Shown: positions 37,215 to 50,318, counted from the stretch's first letter. The stretch: 64,000 bases of DNA from Eledone cirrhosa (GCA_964016885.1 OZ024752.1:27714001-27778000), one strand, 5' to 3'. Made by a program: numbers and translations. The notes: generated by a model not told the origin, from the sequence alone.

Positions 37215-39896
37215 TACCCATCTTCCGGCTTCTCTGGAGAATTGTAAAAGCACATATCGTTATATGCTTTTTCTATGAAAATTAGTAGTGGGTAGACTAA
37301 TTTGCATAGAACGTGAGTCATTGTACGCACCGGTTCAGCGGAAACGATAAAAACAAATAACGAAACGAAATTAAATTTCGTTTCGCTTCTAACTCACTTT
37401 TGTATGACTGACGCTTAAACAATTAAGTTAAAGTGTACATCTACATATGTATACGGAAGTATTAGTATGCATATAAATACACACATGTATACATATGTAC
37501 ATGTACTCAGCTTTTCACTAGACACTTTACAGTGAGTGTCAGCTAGTCTGTATGTAACCACACAGACGGACCGGGTTTTAGAGTCATACGGGTTTTCAAG
37601 GAAACACATTTCCTCTATTCTCTAGAGGGCTAGACAGGAATATTGGACTAGTTTCGATGTTATTACATCTCATCAGCAATATTTACCCATCTTCCGGCTT
37701 CTCTGGAGAATTGTAAAAGCACATATCGTTATATGCTTTTTCTATGAAAATTAGTAGTGGGTAGACTAATTTGCATAGAACGTGAGTCATTGTACGCACC
37801 GGTTCAGCGGAAACGATAAAAACAAATAACGAAACGAAATTAAATTTCGTTTCGCTTCTAACTCACTTTTGTATGACTGACGCTTAAACAATTAAGTTAA
37901 AGTGTACATCTACATATGTATACGGAAGTATTAGTATGCATATAAATACACACATGTATACATATGTACATGTACTCAGCTTTTCACTAGACACTTTACA
38001 GTGAGTGTCAGCTAGTCTGTATGTAACCACACAGACGGACCGGGTTTTAGAGTCATACGGGTTTTCAAGGAAACACATTTCCTCTATTCTCTAGAGGGCT
38101 AGACAGGAATATTGGACTAGTTTCGATGTTATTACATCTCATCAGCAATATTTACCCATCTTCCGGCTTCTCTGGAGAATTGTAAAAGCACATATCGTTA
38201 TATGCTTTTTCTATGAAAATTAGTAGTGGGTAGACTAATTTGCATAGAACGTGAGTCATTGTACGCACCGGTTCAGCGGAAACGATAAAAACAAATAACG
38301 AAACGAAATTAAATTTCGTTTCGCTTCTAACTCACTTTTGTATGACTGACGCTTAAACAATTAAGTTAAAGTGTACATCTACATATGTATACGGAAGTAT
38401 TAGTATGCATATAAATACACACATGTATACATATGTACATGTACTCAGCTTTTCACTAGACACTTTACAGTGAGTGTCAGCTAGTCTGTATGTAACCACA
38501 CAGACGGACCGGGTTTTAGAGTCATACGGGTTTTCAAGGAAACACATTTCCTCTATTCTCTAGAGGGCTAGACAGGAATATTGGACTAGTTTCGATGTTA
38601 TTACATCTCATCAGCAATATTTACCCATCTTCCGGCTTCTCTGGAGAATTGTAAAAGCACATATCGTTATATGCTTTTTCTATGAAAATTAGTAGTGGGT
38701 AGACTAATTTGCATAGAACGTGAGTCATTGTACGCACCGGTTCAGCGGAAACGATAAAAACAAATAACGAAACGAAATTAAATTTCGTTTCGCTTCTAAC
38801 TCACTTTTGTATGACTGACGCTTAAACAATTAAGTTAAAGTGTACATCTACATATGTATACGGAAGTATTAGTATGCATATAAATACACACATGTATACA
38901 TATGTACATGTACTCAGCTTTTCACTAGACACTTTACAGTGAGTGTCAGCTAGTCTGTATGTAACCACACAGACGGACCGGGTTTTAGAGTCATACGGGT
39001 TTTCAAGGAAACACATTTCCTCTATTCTCTAGAGGGCTAGACAGGAATATTGGACTAGTTTCGATGTTATTACATCTCATCAGCAATATTTACCCATCTT
39101 CCGGCTTCTCTGGAGAATTGTAAAAGCACATATCGTTATATGCTTTTTCTATGAAAATTAGTAGTGGGTAGACTAATTTGCATAGAACGTGAGTCATTGT
39201 ACGCACCGGTTCAGCGGAAACGATAAAAACAAATAACGAAACGAAATTAAATTTCGTTTCGCTTCTAACTCACTTTTGTATGACTGACGCTTAAACAATT
39301 AAGTTAAAGTGTACATCTACATATGTATACGGAAGTATTAGTATGCATATAAATACACACATGTATACATATGTACATGTACTCAGCTTTTCACTAGACA
39401 CTTTACAGTGAGTGTCAGCTAGTCTGTATGTAACCACACAGACGGACCGGGTTTTAGAGTCATACGGGTTTTCAAGGAAACACATTTCCTCTATTCTCTA
39501 GAGGGCTAGACAGGAATATTGGACTAGTTTCGATGTTATTACATCTCATCAGCAATATTTACCCATCTTCCGGCTTCTCTGTAAAGTGTCTAGTGAAAAG
39601 CTGAGTACATGTACATATGTATACATGTGTGTATTTATATGCATACTAATACTTCCGTATACATATGTAGATGTACACTTTAACTTAATTGTTTAAGCGT
39701 CAGTCATACAAAAGTGAGTTAGAAGCGAAACGAAATTTAATTTCGTTTCGTTATTTGTTTTTATCGTTTCCGCTGAACCGGTGCGTACAATGACTCACGT
39801 TCTATGCACATTAGTCTACCCACTACTAATTTTCATAGAAAAAGCATATAACGATATGTGCTTTTACAATTCTCCAGAGAAGCCGGAAGATGGGTA

Positions 39897-39941
39897 AATA
39901 TTGCTGATGAGATGTAATAACATCGAAACTAGTCCAATATT
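39897..39941 (+). ncRNA. Type I hammerhead ribozyme (identical copies at 40366-40410, 40835-40879, 41304-41348, 41773-41817)
   Basis: Same 45-nt motif on the plus strand in the right arm of the array. Confidence 0.92.
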
Positions 39942-42029
39942 CCTGTCTAGCCCTCTAGAGAATAGAGGAAATGTGTTTCCTTGAAAACCCGTATGACTCT
40001 AAAACCCGGTCCGTCTGTGTGGTTACATACAGACTAGCTGACACTCACTGTAAAGTGTCTAGTGAAAAGCTGAGTACATGTACATATGTATACATGTGTG
40101 TATTTATATGCATACTAATACTTCCGTATACATATGTAGATGTACACTTTAACTTAATTGTTTAAGCGTCAGTCATACAAAAGTGAGTTAGAAGCGAAAC
40201 GAAATTTAATTTCGTTTCGTTATTTGTTTTTATCGTTTCCGCTGAACCGGTGCGTACAATGACTCACGTTCTATGCAAATTAGTCTACCCACTACTAATT
40301 TTCATAGAAAAAGCATATAACGATATGTGCTTTTACAATTCTCCAGAGAAGCCGGAAGATGGGTAAATATTGCTGATGAGATGTAATAACATCGAAACTA
40401 GTCCAATATTCCTGTCTAGCCCTCTAGAGAATAGAGGAAATGTGTTTCCTTGAAAACCCGTATGACTCTAAAACCCGGTCCGTCTGTGTGGTTACATACA
40501 GACTAGCTGACACTCACTGTAAAGTGTCTAGTGAAAAGCTGAGTACATGTACATATGTATACATGTGTGTATTTATATGCATACTAATACTTCCGTATAC
40601 ATATGTAGATGTACACTTTAACTTAATTGTTTAAGCGTCAGTCATACAAAAGTGAGTTAGAAGCGAAACGAAATTTAATTTCGTTTCGTTATTTGTTTTT
40701 ATCGTTTCCGCTGAACCGGTGCGTACAATGACTCACGTTCTATGCAAATTAGTCTACCCACTACTAATTTTCATAGAAAAAGCATATAACGATATGTGCT
40801 TTTACAATTCTCCAGAGAAGCCGGAAGATGGGTAAATATTGCTGATGAGATGTAATAACATCGAAACTAGTCCAATATTCCTGTCTAGCCCTCTAGAGAA
40901 TAGAGGAAATGTGTTTCCTTGAAAACCCGTATGACTCTAAAACCCGGTCCGTCTGTGTGGTTACATACAGACTAGCTGACACTCACTGTAAAGTGTCTAG
41001 TGAAAAGCTGAGTACATGTACATATGTATACATGTGTGTATTTATATGCATACTAATACTTCCGTATACATATGTAGATGTACACTTTAACTTAATTGTT
41101 TAAGCGTCAGTCATACAAAAGTGAGTTAGAAGCGAAACGAAATTTAATTTCGTTTCGTTATTTGTTTTTATCGTTTCCGCTGAACCGGTGCGTACAATGA
41201 CTCACGTTCTATGCAAATTAGTCTACCCACTACTAATTTTCATAGAAAAAGCATATAACGATATGTGCTTTTACAATTCTCCAGAGAAGCCGGAAGATGG
41301 GTAAATATTGCTGATGAGATGTAATAACATCGAAACTAGTCCAATATTCCTGTCTAGCCCTCTAGAGAATAGAGGAAATGTGTTTCCTTGAAAACCCGTA
41401 TGACTCTAAAACCCGGTCCGTCTGTGTGGTTACATACAGACTAGCTGACACTCACTGTAAAGTGTCTAGTGAAAAGCTGAGTACATGTACATATGTATAC
41501 ATGTGTGTATTTATATGCATACTAATACTTCCGTATACATATGTAGATGTACACTTTAACTTAATTGTTTAAGCGTCAGTCATACAAAAGTGAGTTAGAA
41601 GCGAAACGAAATTTAATTTCGTTTCGTTATTTGTTTTTATCGTTTCCGCTGAACCGGTGCGTACAATGACTCACGTTCTATGCAAATTAGTCTACCCACT
41701 ACTAATTTTCATAGAAAAAGCATATAACGATATGTGCTTTTACAATTCTCCAGAGAAGCCGGAAGATGGGTAAATATTGCTGATGAGATGTAATAACATC
41801 GAAACTAGTCCAATATTCCTGTCTAGCCCTCTAGAGAATAGAGGAAATGTGTTTCCTTGAAAACCCGTATGACTCTAAAACCCGGTCCGTCTGTGTGGTT
41901 ACATACAGACTAGCTGACACTCACTGTAAAGTGTCTAGTGAAAAGCTGAGTACATGTACATATGTATACATGTGTGTATTTATATGCATACTAATACTTC
42001 CGTATACATATGTAGATGTACACTTTAAC

Positions 42030-42060
<31 letters not shown>

Positions 42061-42255
42061 CATTCACACATACGTTTACACATATACACACATATAAAAA
42101 CAATAAAATAAAATAAAATATACAATATACAATAAAATAAAAATACAATATACAGTAGAATAGATATATAATAAAATAAATATACAATACATCCATACAT
42201 ATTCACGTAACATACATATATATATATATACACACACATACATATACATATATAT

Positions 42256-42306
<51 letters not shown>

Positions 42307-42658
42307 CACACACATATATATATGTACATACACACACATACATATACATACACACACGTCTACGCATATACACACATAAAAACAAAATAAATTTACGATA
42401 TATTAAAATACATTAAAATATGCATATAACGTCACATAGAGATATATAAAAAAAGAGGGGAGAAAGGAGAAGTACAAGTATTCGTGTGATATACTACACA
42501 TTGGGAGTATGTATATTGTATATTTATTTTATTGTTTTTTATATATGTGTATATGCGTAAGCGTATGTGTGTATGTATATATACATATATATATGTATGT
42601 ATATATATATATATATGGGTAGGTGTATGCATGTAGATATATATATATACGTGTGTGC

Positions 42659-42690
<32 letters not shown>

Positions 42691-42975
42691 ATGTGTGTCT
42701 ATATATATATATATATATACATATATATTTGTGTGTGTGTATGTGTATATATATGTATATATACATATGTATATGTTATGTGTATGTGTATGGATGCATG
42801 TATATGATTATAATGTTTATATCCGTGTATGTGTAATACAAGACACATCTTTTAAGGTACGACGTTAGATACATATTTTAGTATAGTGGAGGTTTTTTGT
42901 ATAGATGTGTATGTATGTGTGTGTATGTACGTTTATATGTGGGTGTGTATGTGTGGGCGTGTACAGATGTGTATG

Positions 42976-43006
<31 letters not shown>

Positions 43007-43424
43007 ATATATGTATGTGTATGTATGTCTGTATGTCTATGTACGTGTGTATGTGTATATATGTATATGTGTATATATATGTGTGTATGTATGCCTGCAT
43101 GTATGTGTATGGCTGTATGTATATGGTTACATGGTTTATATTTGTGCATGTATAACAGGATGCATCCTTCCATGGATGACCCTGTATGACCTTTTGTGGA
43201 ATTTATATGACTGTGAGTATATCACATTGGGGTAAGGACAGAGATATATACATGTGTGCGTGTATCTATCTTTGTGGATGTACGTGGACACGGAGGTAAT
43301 TGGGCGCGTATTTGTTGGAATGTATATGTGCCAGTGCGTGTGTGTGTGTGTGTGGGGGGGGGTATGTGCACCTACATAGGGTAGGGATTGTTTGTGAGTA
43401 TATTTATGTGCGTGTACATATACA

Positions 43425-43463
<39 letters not shown>

Positions 43464-43487
43464 GGTTAAAATTTATCTTCGTTTATT

Positions 43488-43542
43488 ACTGCTATATATA
43501 TTTCAGTGACAGCCATCTTTGGCTGTGACCTCTTCAGGCAGT
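43488..43542 (-). ncRNA. Type I hammerhead ribozyme in a ~290-bp insertion (~43370-43660)
   Basis: actgc-CTGAAGA-ggtcacagcca-aaga-tggctgtcact-GAAA-tatata-TA-gcagt. Confidence 0.8.
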
Positions 43543-44514
43543 TTGAATTAGTATGGTATAGACAAGTACATATGTTGTTTAGGTGTATAATATTGTCAAT
43601 ACTCTGATATGCCCAGTTCCTTGTTGGGTTGTTAATTCACTGAGGAACTGGAGTCATATGAAATGTGTATATGTGTGTATGTGTCTTTGGGAGCGTGTCT
43701 GTCTTTGTGCCTCTCTATAAGGACAGGCGTGTATATGTGCGTGTGTGTCTATGTATATGTCTGTACGTGTTTGTGTATATGAGCAAATGTACGCGTACGC
43801 AGGTATGTGTCCTTGTATGCGTGTACGTTGTGTGTGTGTGTGTGTGTGTGTGTGTTATATTTACCAACGCATTAATACCTTTTAGTGTGCAAGAAAAAGA
43901 CGATGTTGCAAATAAAAGATGCCACTGTATTTTTTACAGAGCAAATTTATTCTACAAATTTTTTTTATTTTTTAGCTGCTAGGGAAAGTTTTATATAGCA
44001 GAAAAATCTTCAAATTCTAATCTAACATCTTAACATAGGAGGTAATATTGAAACGTATAGTATTAGATACATTATGGATGAAAATCTGCAATGTATTACA
44101 GCATAAAATATCTTGAACAGATTTGGAGTTGGATTACAATAAAAAAAATTCCTTGAAACATACAGATTCTAGAGCATGTGATATACATTCTTTGGCAAAA
44201 GAAATAAAAAATGCAATTGGAGACTTTCAGAAGGTTTATTTACAATGATTTATGACTTTCACAAGTTACGTGATTTTCAAAAGTCAAGAGAGGTAGCAAA
44301 ATGTGTGGCTATCGGCCTATCTACACATACTTTATCTCTCTTGTCTATGAAAGTATACCTGCTGCTGGGGGAAGAAAAAAAGAAAATGAAAAGGAGAAAA
44401 ATAAAGAAGGATCAAGCAACGACAGAAAGGGAGATGGGGAGGGACAGTCACTATACTCTAGCCAGAGAACCACCACGGATGTATAGGATGAAGTGACAAA
44501 TCAGTCAATCATAT

Positions 44515-45068
44515 TGATCGTCTTCCCACTGCCTCGGCGGACAGAATAGAGAAGGTGTTTCCCGGGACGACGGCAAGGGAAACGCGCTGGAAGAGTCATT
44601 CCAGCTCGCGAGGCTCACACCTGCGGCTGGCCAGCTCAGCGCCTATGGTGGGAGGTAGCCCTAGGGCCGAGGACACCAGAAGTCTCTACTGTCGGAGAGT
44701 TTGGCCTCCTCAGCCCGACTTGCAGCAGAATCCGGGTTAGTCGCAGACTGCACCAGGTTGCGGATGGAGAACGTGTCGGTGCAAGTGGCATCCAAGACGA
44801 GGGGTTTCCCACCGCGGAACGGGAAGCTGGTCATGCCATCTGGCCTTTTGCCGTCCCCTCGGTCCAGCCCCACCGTCTCTAGCTGAGAAGGGAAGCCTGC
44901 AGCGTCCAAGCCATGCTTTATGACCTCGTTGAGGGCAGCATGGCGTGGAAGGCGGCCGGCACTGTGGCGACAGGAAAGCGGGTGGAAGCCGAAAGAGTCC
45001 ACGGTGGATCCACTGTGATATTGGTGTGGCTGGCAGATCCGGAGGCCAAGCCTCAAGGAAACGCCGAT
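44515..45068 (-). pseudogene. 3' fragment of a CRE-like non-LTR retrotransposon (zinc knuckle + RLE endonuclease)
   Basis: RLGLRIC..H.LSC..RLPRHAALN..DGKRPDG..LDATCTDT..A..AEEAK, then FQRVSLAV..GN after a frameshift. Confidence 0.8.
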
Positions 45069-45189
45069 TATAAATAAACCTTCTGAAAGACTCCTATTGC
45101 ATTTTCAACTTCTTTTGCCTATATACATACCCGTGCGGAACATATTGAAAAACGTTACTTTCGAATATATATATATATATATATATATA

Positions 45190-45382
45190 TAACAATGGAA
45201 TTGTGGTAATGAAACAGATGGACCATAATGCTCCAGAATACTCAATACTTAGGGTAGTAGAGTGGGAAATAGGAAAAAGATATGACCTCAACGGCAGAGC
45301 TCAAGCCGTTTCGACGGCTATTTCTGGACTAGAAATAGCCGTCGAAACGGCTTGAGCTCTGCCGTCGGGGTCATATCTTTTT

Positions 45383-45417
<35 letters not shown>

Positions 45418-45535
45418 CAAAAAAATTGTGGTAAGGAACCAGATGGGCCATAACGCACCATAGTACACAATACTTAGGGTAGTAGAGTGGGAAATAGGAA
45501 AAAGTAAGACCCCGACGGCCATACTTTTTCCTATC
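45190..45535. mobile_element. Two adjacent short hairpin-ended elements of the 'gccgtcgaaacggc' family (other copies ~35058-35195, 49398-49500, 54448-54506, 55460-55728)
   Basis: Shared tail tgtggtaaggaaccagatggaccataacgcacca and a fold-back centred on atttct-ggact-agaaat; every copy abuts (AT)n. Confidence 0.75.
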
Positions 45536-46044
45536 TCTATATATATATATTACAAAGTGAAATGAGAGGAGGCCAAATATGTTGAATTCCCTTAATTATT
45601 TATTTCTGCAAACACTATGCAAGTTTCAGTGGCTAGTTTGCGTAATAACCCGATGATATCTTCAGGTGTATATTGCGTAATAGCTGTATACCAACGGAAT
45701 GATGATACACTTTAAGGAAACAAACGAAGAAAAAAAAAACATAAAAGAAAAAAATTGTGCGTTTATGATTTTGACCCAGAGTCGAAGGAAGCAGCGTGCT
45801 GTTACACTGCCTCGTCATCCCTTTATGTATATAAAGAGTGAGAGGGAGAGGTGTTGGAGGGACTGGACTCCACCTGGCTGACAATGTCAAAGTAACGCCG
45901 TATGTTCAGTGTAACTTAAAAAAACCATTGAAGCTACCAATAATACCTTGAAACAAGTAAACAGACGTGAGAAAGAATAGTGGCATCTACCTTTTTGATA
46001 CCACAAGGTTTAATATTATAGTGCAATCAACAATTAACATGTAA

Positions 46045-46233
46045 GCATTGGCAGTATCGGTAGAGCATCAAACGCCATGCTTTTCAGCATAGAGTTATGG
46101 CCCTTTACGTTCTGAATTCAAATCGCGCCGAGGTTAACTTTGTCTTTCATCCTTACGAGGTCGATAAAATAAAGTACCAGTAATGCACTGAGATAATTGC
46201 TGGCCTTGTGCAAAAAGTAGCAACAATTATTAT
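46045..46233 (+). mobile_element. tRNA-derived SINE (octopus type), near complete
   Basis: A-box-like TGGCAGTATCGG, B-box-like GAATTCAAATC, conserved body and (ATT)n tail. Confidence 0.75.
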
Positions 46234-46699
46234 AGAAGTCGCAGATGACGTCACACATATTGGCATAACTCTATACTAGTCACATACGTCTTACTAATTT
46301 ACTAATCGTTGGTCTACATGCTAGTAGACTAAAGACGTCAGACAAACTAACTCACCAAATTTTTACCTACAACAATAAATAACCAGTGATTTATTTCAGA
46401 CTGGTGTGTACTGTAGTGCCGGCGATATGATAGTCAGTAGAAGAGTAGAAACTTTAACAGAGAAATCATGATACATCATGTATGATGTCAGAATTAGTTG
46501 CTAAAGTCACCGAGAACAACAGGTGTATTAGGTGTATTGAATACGTTAGTCTGGGAAGACAATATATTATCCAAAATAAATATAAAGATATGAAAAAACA
46601 AGACAAAACGAAATAAACAGTTACAAGATGACAAATACCTAGAGGATTCAGACTTTTTCAGTTTTGTAACAGGTATATACACACACACACACACACACA

Positions 46700-46739
<40 letters not shown>

Positions 46740-46741
<2 letters not shown>

Positions 46742-49236
46742 AAACTTAGACGGGAACAAAAACAAAGAGGCAGTACAAATAAGAGATAATTAGGTTCACG
46801 CTTTTGAGAGTGGGGGGCGGGGAGGAACGACGTTTCGGGCATAAGCCATTCATCAGGAGAAAAGTGGGTAGGAAGAGAGTTCTGAGGGTGTGTAGGAGAG
46901 TGGTGGAAAGACATTTAGAAAAAAGGGGAGGAGAGAAAAGGGAGGAAAAACGATTGAAAAAGTACAAATAAAAATAAAAATAAAAATAAACATAAACATA
47001 AACATAAAAATAAACATAAAAATAAACTTAAAAATAAACAAGTGAAGGAAGGGTGTGAGGCGTGTAGGGGTGGTGGCGTGTGGAGTTGGGAGAGGGAGGA
47101 GGGGTTCCGAGCGCGGAGGGCTGAAGGTGATGTTTGTGTATGTGTGTAGGTGTACGTGTGTGTGTGTGCGTGTGTATGTGAATGTGAGAGTTGGGGGAAG
47201 ATCGAGGTTCCATGTTCATGGAAAAGGTGTGTACGTGGGGTGGGGTATAAGTCGGTGTGTGCGTGCGTGTGGATGGAGAGGGGTGGGGGTGGATTCCGGA
47301 GGTTGAGTGTGTATATGTGGGGGTGCGCACGTGTGTGTTTGTGTTTATACGTGGTGTGTGTGTAGGTGGCGTGGTTCGAAAAAGAATGTGAGTGTTTGTT
47401 CGTGGGTAAGTCCCAGAGGTAGTTCCGTGGAGTGTGCGATGAGGTGTTGGATATTTTTCATGTTATAGAGTGGATAGCTGGGACGATGACCGGTGGTGTG
47501 GAATCCATAGTTGTGGTGCTCAGAAGTGGAGAGATGTGGGGTGCGCGCGTAACAGGAAGTGGTCAGAGGGTCAAGCAGGGTGAAGGGATAGCAGTAGAGG
47601 AGGCTGACAGGTGGAGAAATGGTCTGTATATGGTGAGGACTGTGTGCGGAGGTGCGGTGTACAAGGGAGAGGATGGGGAGGTGTGAAAGGTGGAGGGAGA
47701 AGGTGCTGATGTTGGGGGATGGGGTGTATATTAGTAGAGGAGTTTGTGTGTGAAGGGATGTAGGTGAAGTGGCAAGAGGGAGAGAAAAGGTGTTGGGGAC
47801 AGAGAAGGGAGTATAGTGTACTGGTGTGTGTGTGGGTGTTTGGATGTGTGTGCGTGTGTGGTAGAGGGGGTGTTAGTAGGTGTTAGTATTACTGGTGGTG
47901 GGGAAAGGGTTGAATGCGGGTGTGTTAGTGGGGGTTAGTGGTGGTTGGGTGTGTGGAGTGGGTGGTGTACGTAGGTGTGGGTGTGTGGGTGATGGTGTGT
48001 GTTCGTGTGGGTGGGGTCGCGGGGATGTTAGTGATATTAGTTGTGGGGTTGTCGGAGTGGATGTGTGTGTGGATGAGGGTTAGTGGTGGTGTGCGGGTGT
48101 TAGGGGAGGGGTGGGGATGTTATTATTGTTAGTTGTGGGTGGGCCAAGGGGGTGGGGAGGTGAAAAGGAGGAGTGGGTTAGTGGTGTTAGTGGGGGATGT
48201 GTGGGCCGTTGAAGGCTAAAGGAATATGGGTGGGGAGTTCAGGACGGGAGATGGTCTGTAGGGTGAAGATGGTGTTGTTCGACCGTGAGGCGAGTGGCGG
48301 GTGTTCCATGGCTTTGGAGTAGGCCACAGACTGTGAGGTGGTGGGCGGAATGTCCAGGGGAGCTAAAGTGGCGGGCGATGGGGGAACTGCCGCCGAGACG
48401 AATATCCCGGAGGTGTTCAGCGAAACGGTCCGCCAGACGACGTCCAGTCTGTCCGACGTAGGTTGCGCTGCACTCCTGATTCGAGGAGGTGCAGCGGAAG
48501 GCGTGCCGGACAGAGAGAGAGTGGCCGTTGGGACCCTGGAGGGTGGTGGATTTGTTGATGTGGGGGCAGGTGTGGCAGCGAGGCCAGGGAAGGGACCGGT
48601 TGGGGGGGGGGGGGGGGGGGGGGGGGGCAAGAAGAGCGTGGCTTTGGGGGTAGGGAGCTGCGGACGTGGAGGGTGCGGAGATTGAGTGCGCGTTTGAAGG
48701 AGGGGAGGAGTGGGGATGGGAAGATGGAGGAGGAGGAGGGGTCAGACTGGAGGCGGCGGAAGCGGCGGAGGATGATGCGGTGGAGGGGTAGGGTAGAGGG
48801 GTGCTAGGGGATGGGGAAGCGGAGACGGTGGGCGGGTGTGTGGTGGCGTGGTGTGAGGGCGGTGGAGCGATGGACAGCACGGGCGCGAGTGAGGGCGGTG
48901 TGGACGTTAACCTCTTCGGATGAAATGGGTGACTAGGGAAAGGGCCTGGGACTCAGGCATCTCGGCTGCAGAGGCGTCGGATCCGAAGGAGTTGGGAGTA
49001 GGGAATAGAGTGTTTTGTATGTGTAGGGTGGGAGGAGGTGAAGTCACGGTGGTAGTGGGAGTCAGTGGGTTTGAAGAAGACGGGGGTGACGAGGGAGCGG
49101 TGGGAGGGGTCGATGGCGACAGAGATGTCTAAGAAATGGACATGGGTTGTGGAGATAGAGGTGGTGAAGTAGAGGGAGGGGTGGAAGGAGCAGAAGAAGG
49201 AGAGAAAGGAGTCGAGCTGTTCTCGGGTGAGCGTCG

Positions 49237-49237
<1 letters not shown>
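46740..49237 (-). mobile_element. Degenerate, 5'-truncated Penelope-like element (RT C-terminus + GIY-YIG + 3' region with hammerhead core)
   Basis: [48 protein letters not shown], and YVGQTGRRLADRFAEH..PIARHF in shifting frames. Confidence 0.85.
46829..46856 (-). ncRNA. Penelope-type hammerhead core (weak stem I)
   Basis: CTGATGA-atggc-ttat-gccc-GAAA-cg-TC at the 3' end of the element. Confidence 0.65.
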
Positions 49238-49307
<70 letters not shown>

Positions 49308-49334
49308 ATATATATATGTTTATATATATATATT

Positions 49335-49388
<54 letters not shown>

Positions 49389-49539
49389 TATTCATATATA
49401 ACGAAAGAAGTGTGGTAAAGAACCAGATTGACCATAACGCACCAGAAATAGCCGTCGAAACGGCTTGAGCTCTGCTGTCGGGGTTAAACATTTTCCTATT
49501 CATATATATATATATATACGTATGTATATATATATATAA

Positions 49540-49750
49540 ATAACAAAATAATCAAGACTATGTTGAAAACATTTTATTGCTGACAATCGTTTCTTCCAAC
49601 CTTTCGTTTGGTTTCATCGGAGAACTAGCAAAGTTTAGACATATAATTATGTTTAAACCTTGCAAGTGCTCCGATGATTCCAAACGAAAGTTTGGAAGAA
49701 AAGATTGTCAGCAATAAAATGGTATGGACATAGTTTTGATTATTCTGTAA
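49540..49750. mobile_element. Diverged fold-back element with a variant hammerhead in each arm (49667-49713 on +, 49578-49624 on -)
   Basis: tgct-CCGATGA-ttccaaac-gaaa-gtttggaa-GAAA-agattg-TC-agca. Confidence 0.65.
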
Positions 49751-49894
49751 TTTATATTCCTGCTCTGTAAAACATCTGATGTATTTACATTGAGCTATTT
49801 TTCATACTGGTAATAAGGTAGTAATAAATGACTGACCTTTCCTGTTTATAATTATATATAGTGTATATATAAGTATAAATATTATTATTATTAT

Positions 49895-49925
<31 letters not shown>

Positions 49926-49929
<4 letters not shown>

Positions 49930-50318
49930 TTAATATAGATGAGATTCTACAGGACTAGAACTGTTTCATTCATTAGAAATCATCAGGAATCTGGGTATCA
50001 AAAAATAAATATGGTATTTATAGGTCTCTACAAGTGGTAGGAGAGGGTGGGGAGTGGGATGGGTGCAGGTCATTGGTTGAATGAATTCCCTTCTCTATCA
50101 ACCAATGACCTGCACCCATCCCACTCCCCACCCTCTCCTACCACTTGTAGAGACCTATAAATACCATATTTATTTTTTGATACCCAGATTCCTGATGATT
50201 TCTAATGAATGAAACAGTTCTAGTCCTGTAGAATCTCATCTATATTAAAACTGTTATACTCTGCTATGTATTGAGTACCTTACTTACTGTGGTTACCTCC
50301 GATTCAACCCGGAATAAC

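Larger units (their letters stand above)
36879..42035. mobile_element. Retrozyme-like array of ~11 near-identical 469-bp hammerhead-containing units: ~5.8 units on minus (36879-39581), then ~5.2 units on plus (39579-42035), flanked by (AT)n
   Basis: Exact 469-nt period (identical 64-aa ORFs at 469-nt spacing), an inversion junction with CTG microhomology, and one hammerhead per unit. Confidence 0.9.

Noticed and set aside
36946-42116. Eleven repeated 64-aa ORFs (MCFLENPYDS...)
   Set aside because: GTG start, no recognisable domain, partly microsatellite-like; they only mark the 469-bp period.
45612-45670. Hammerhead-like spacing on the minus strand (acac-CTGAAGA...GAAA-cttgca-TA-gtgt)
   Set aside because: Stem II cannot be paired convincingly.
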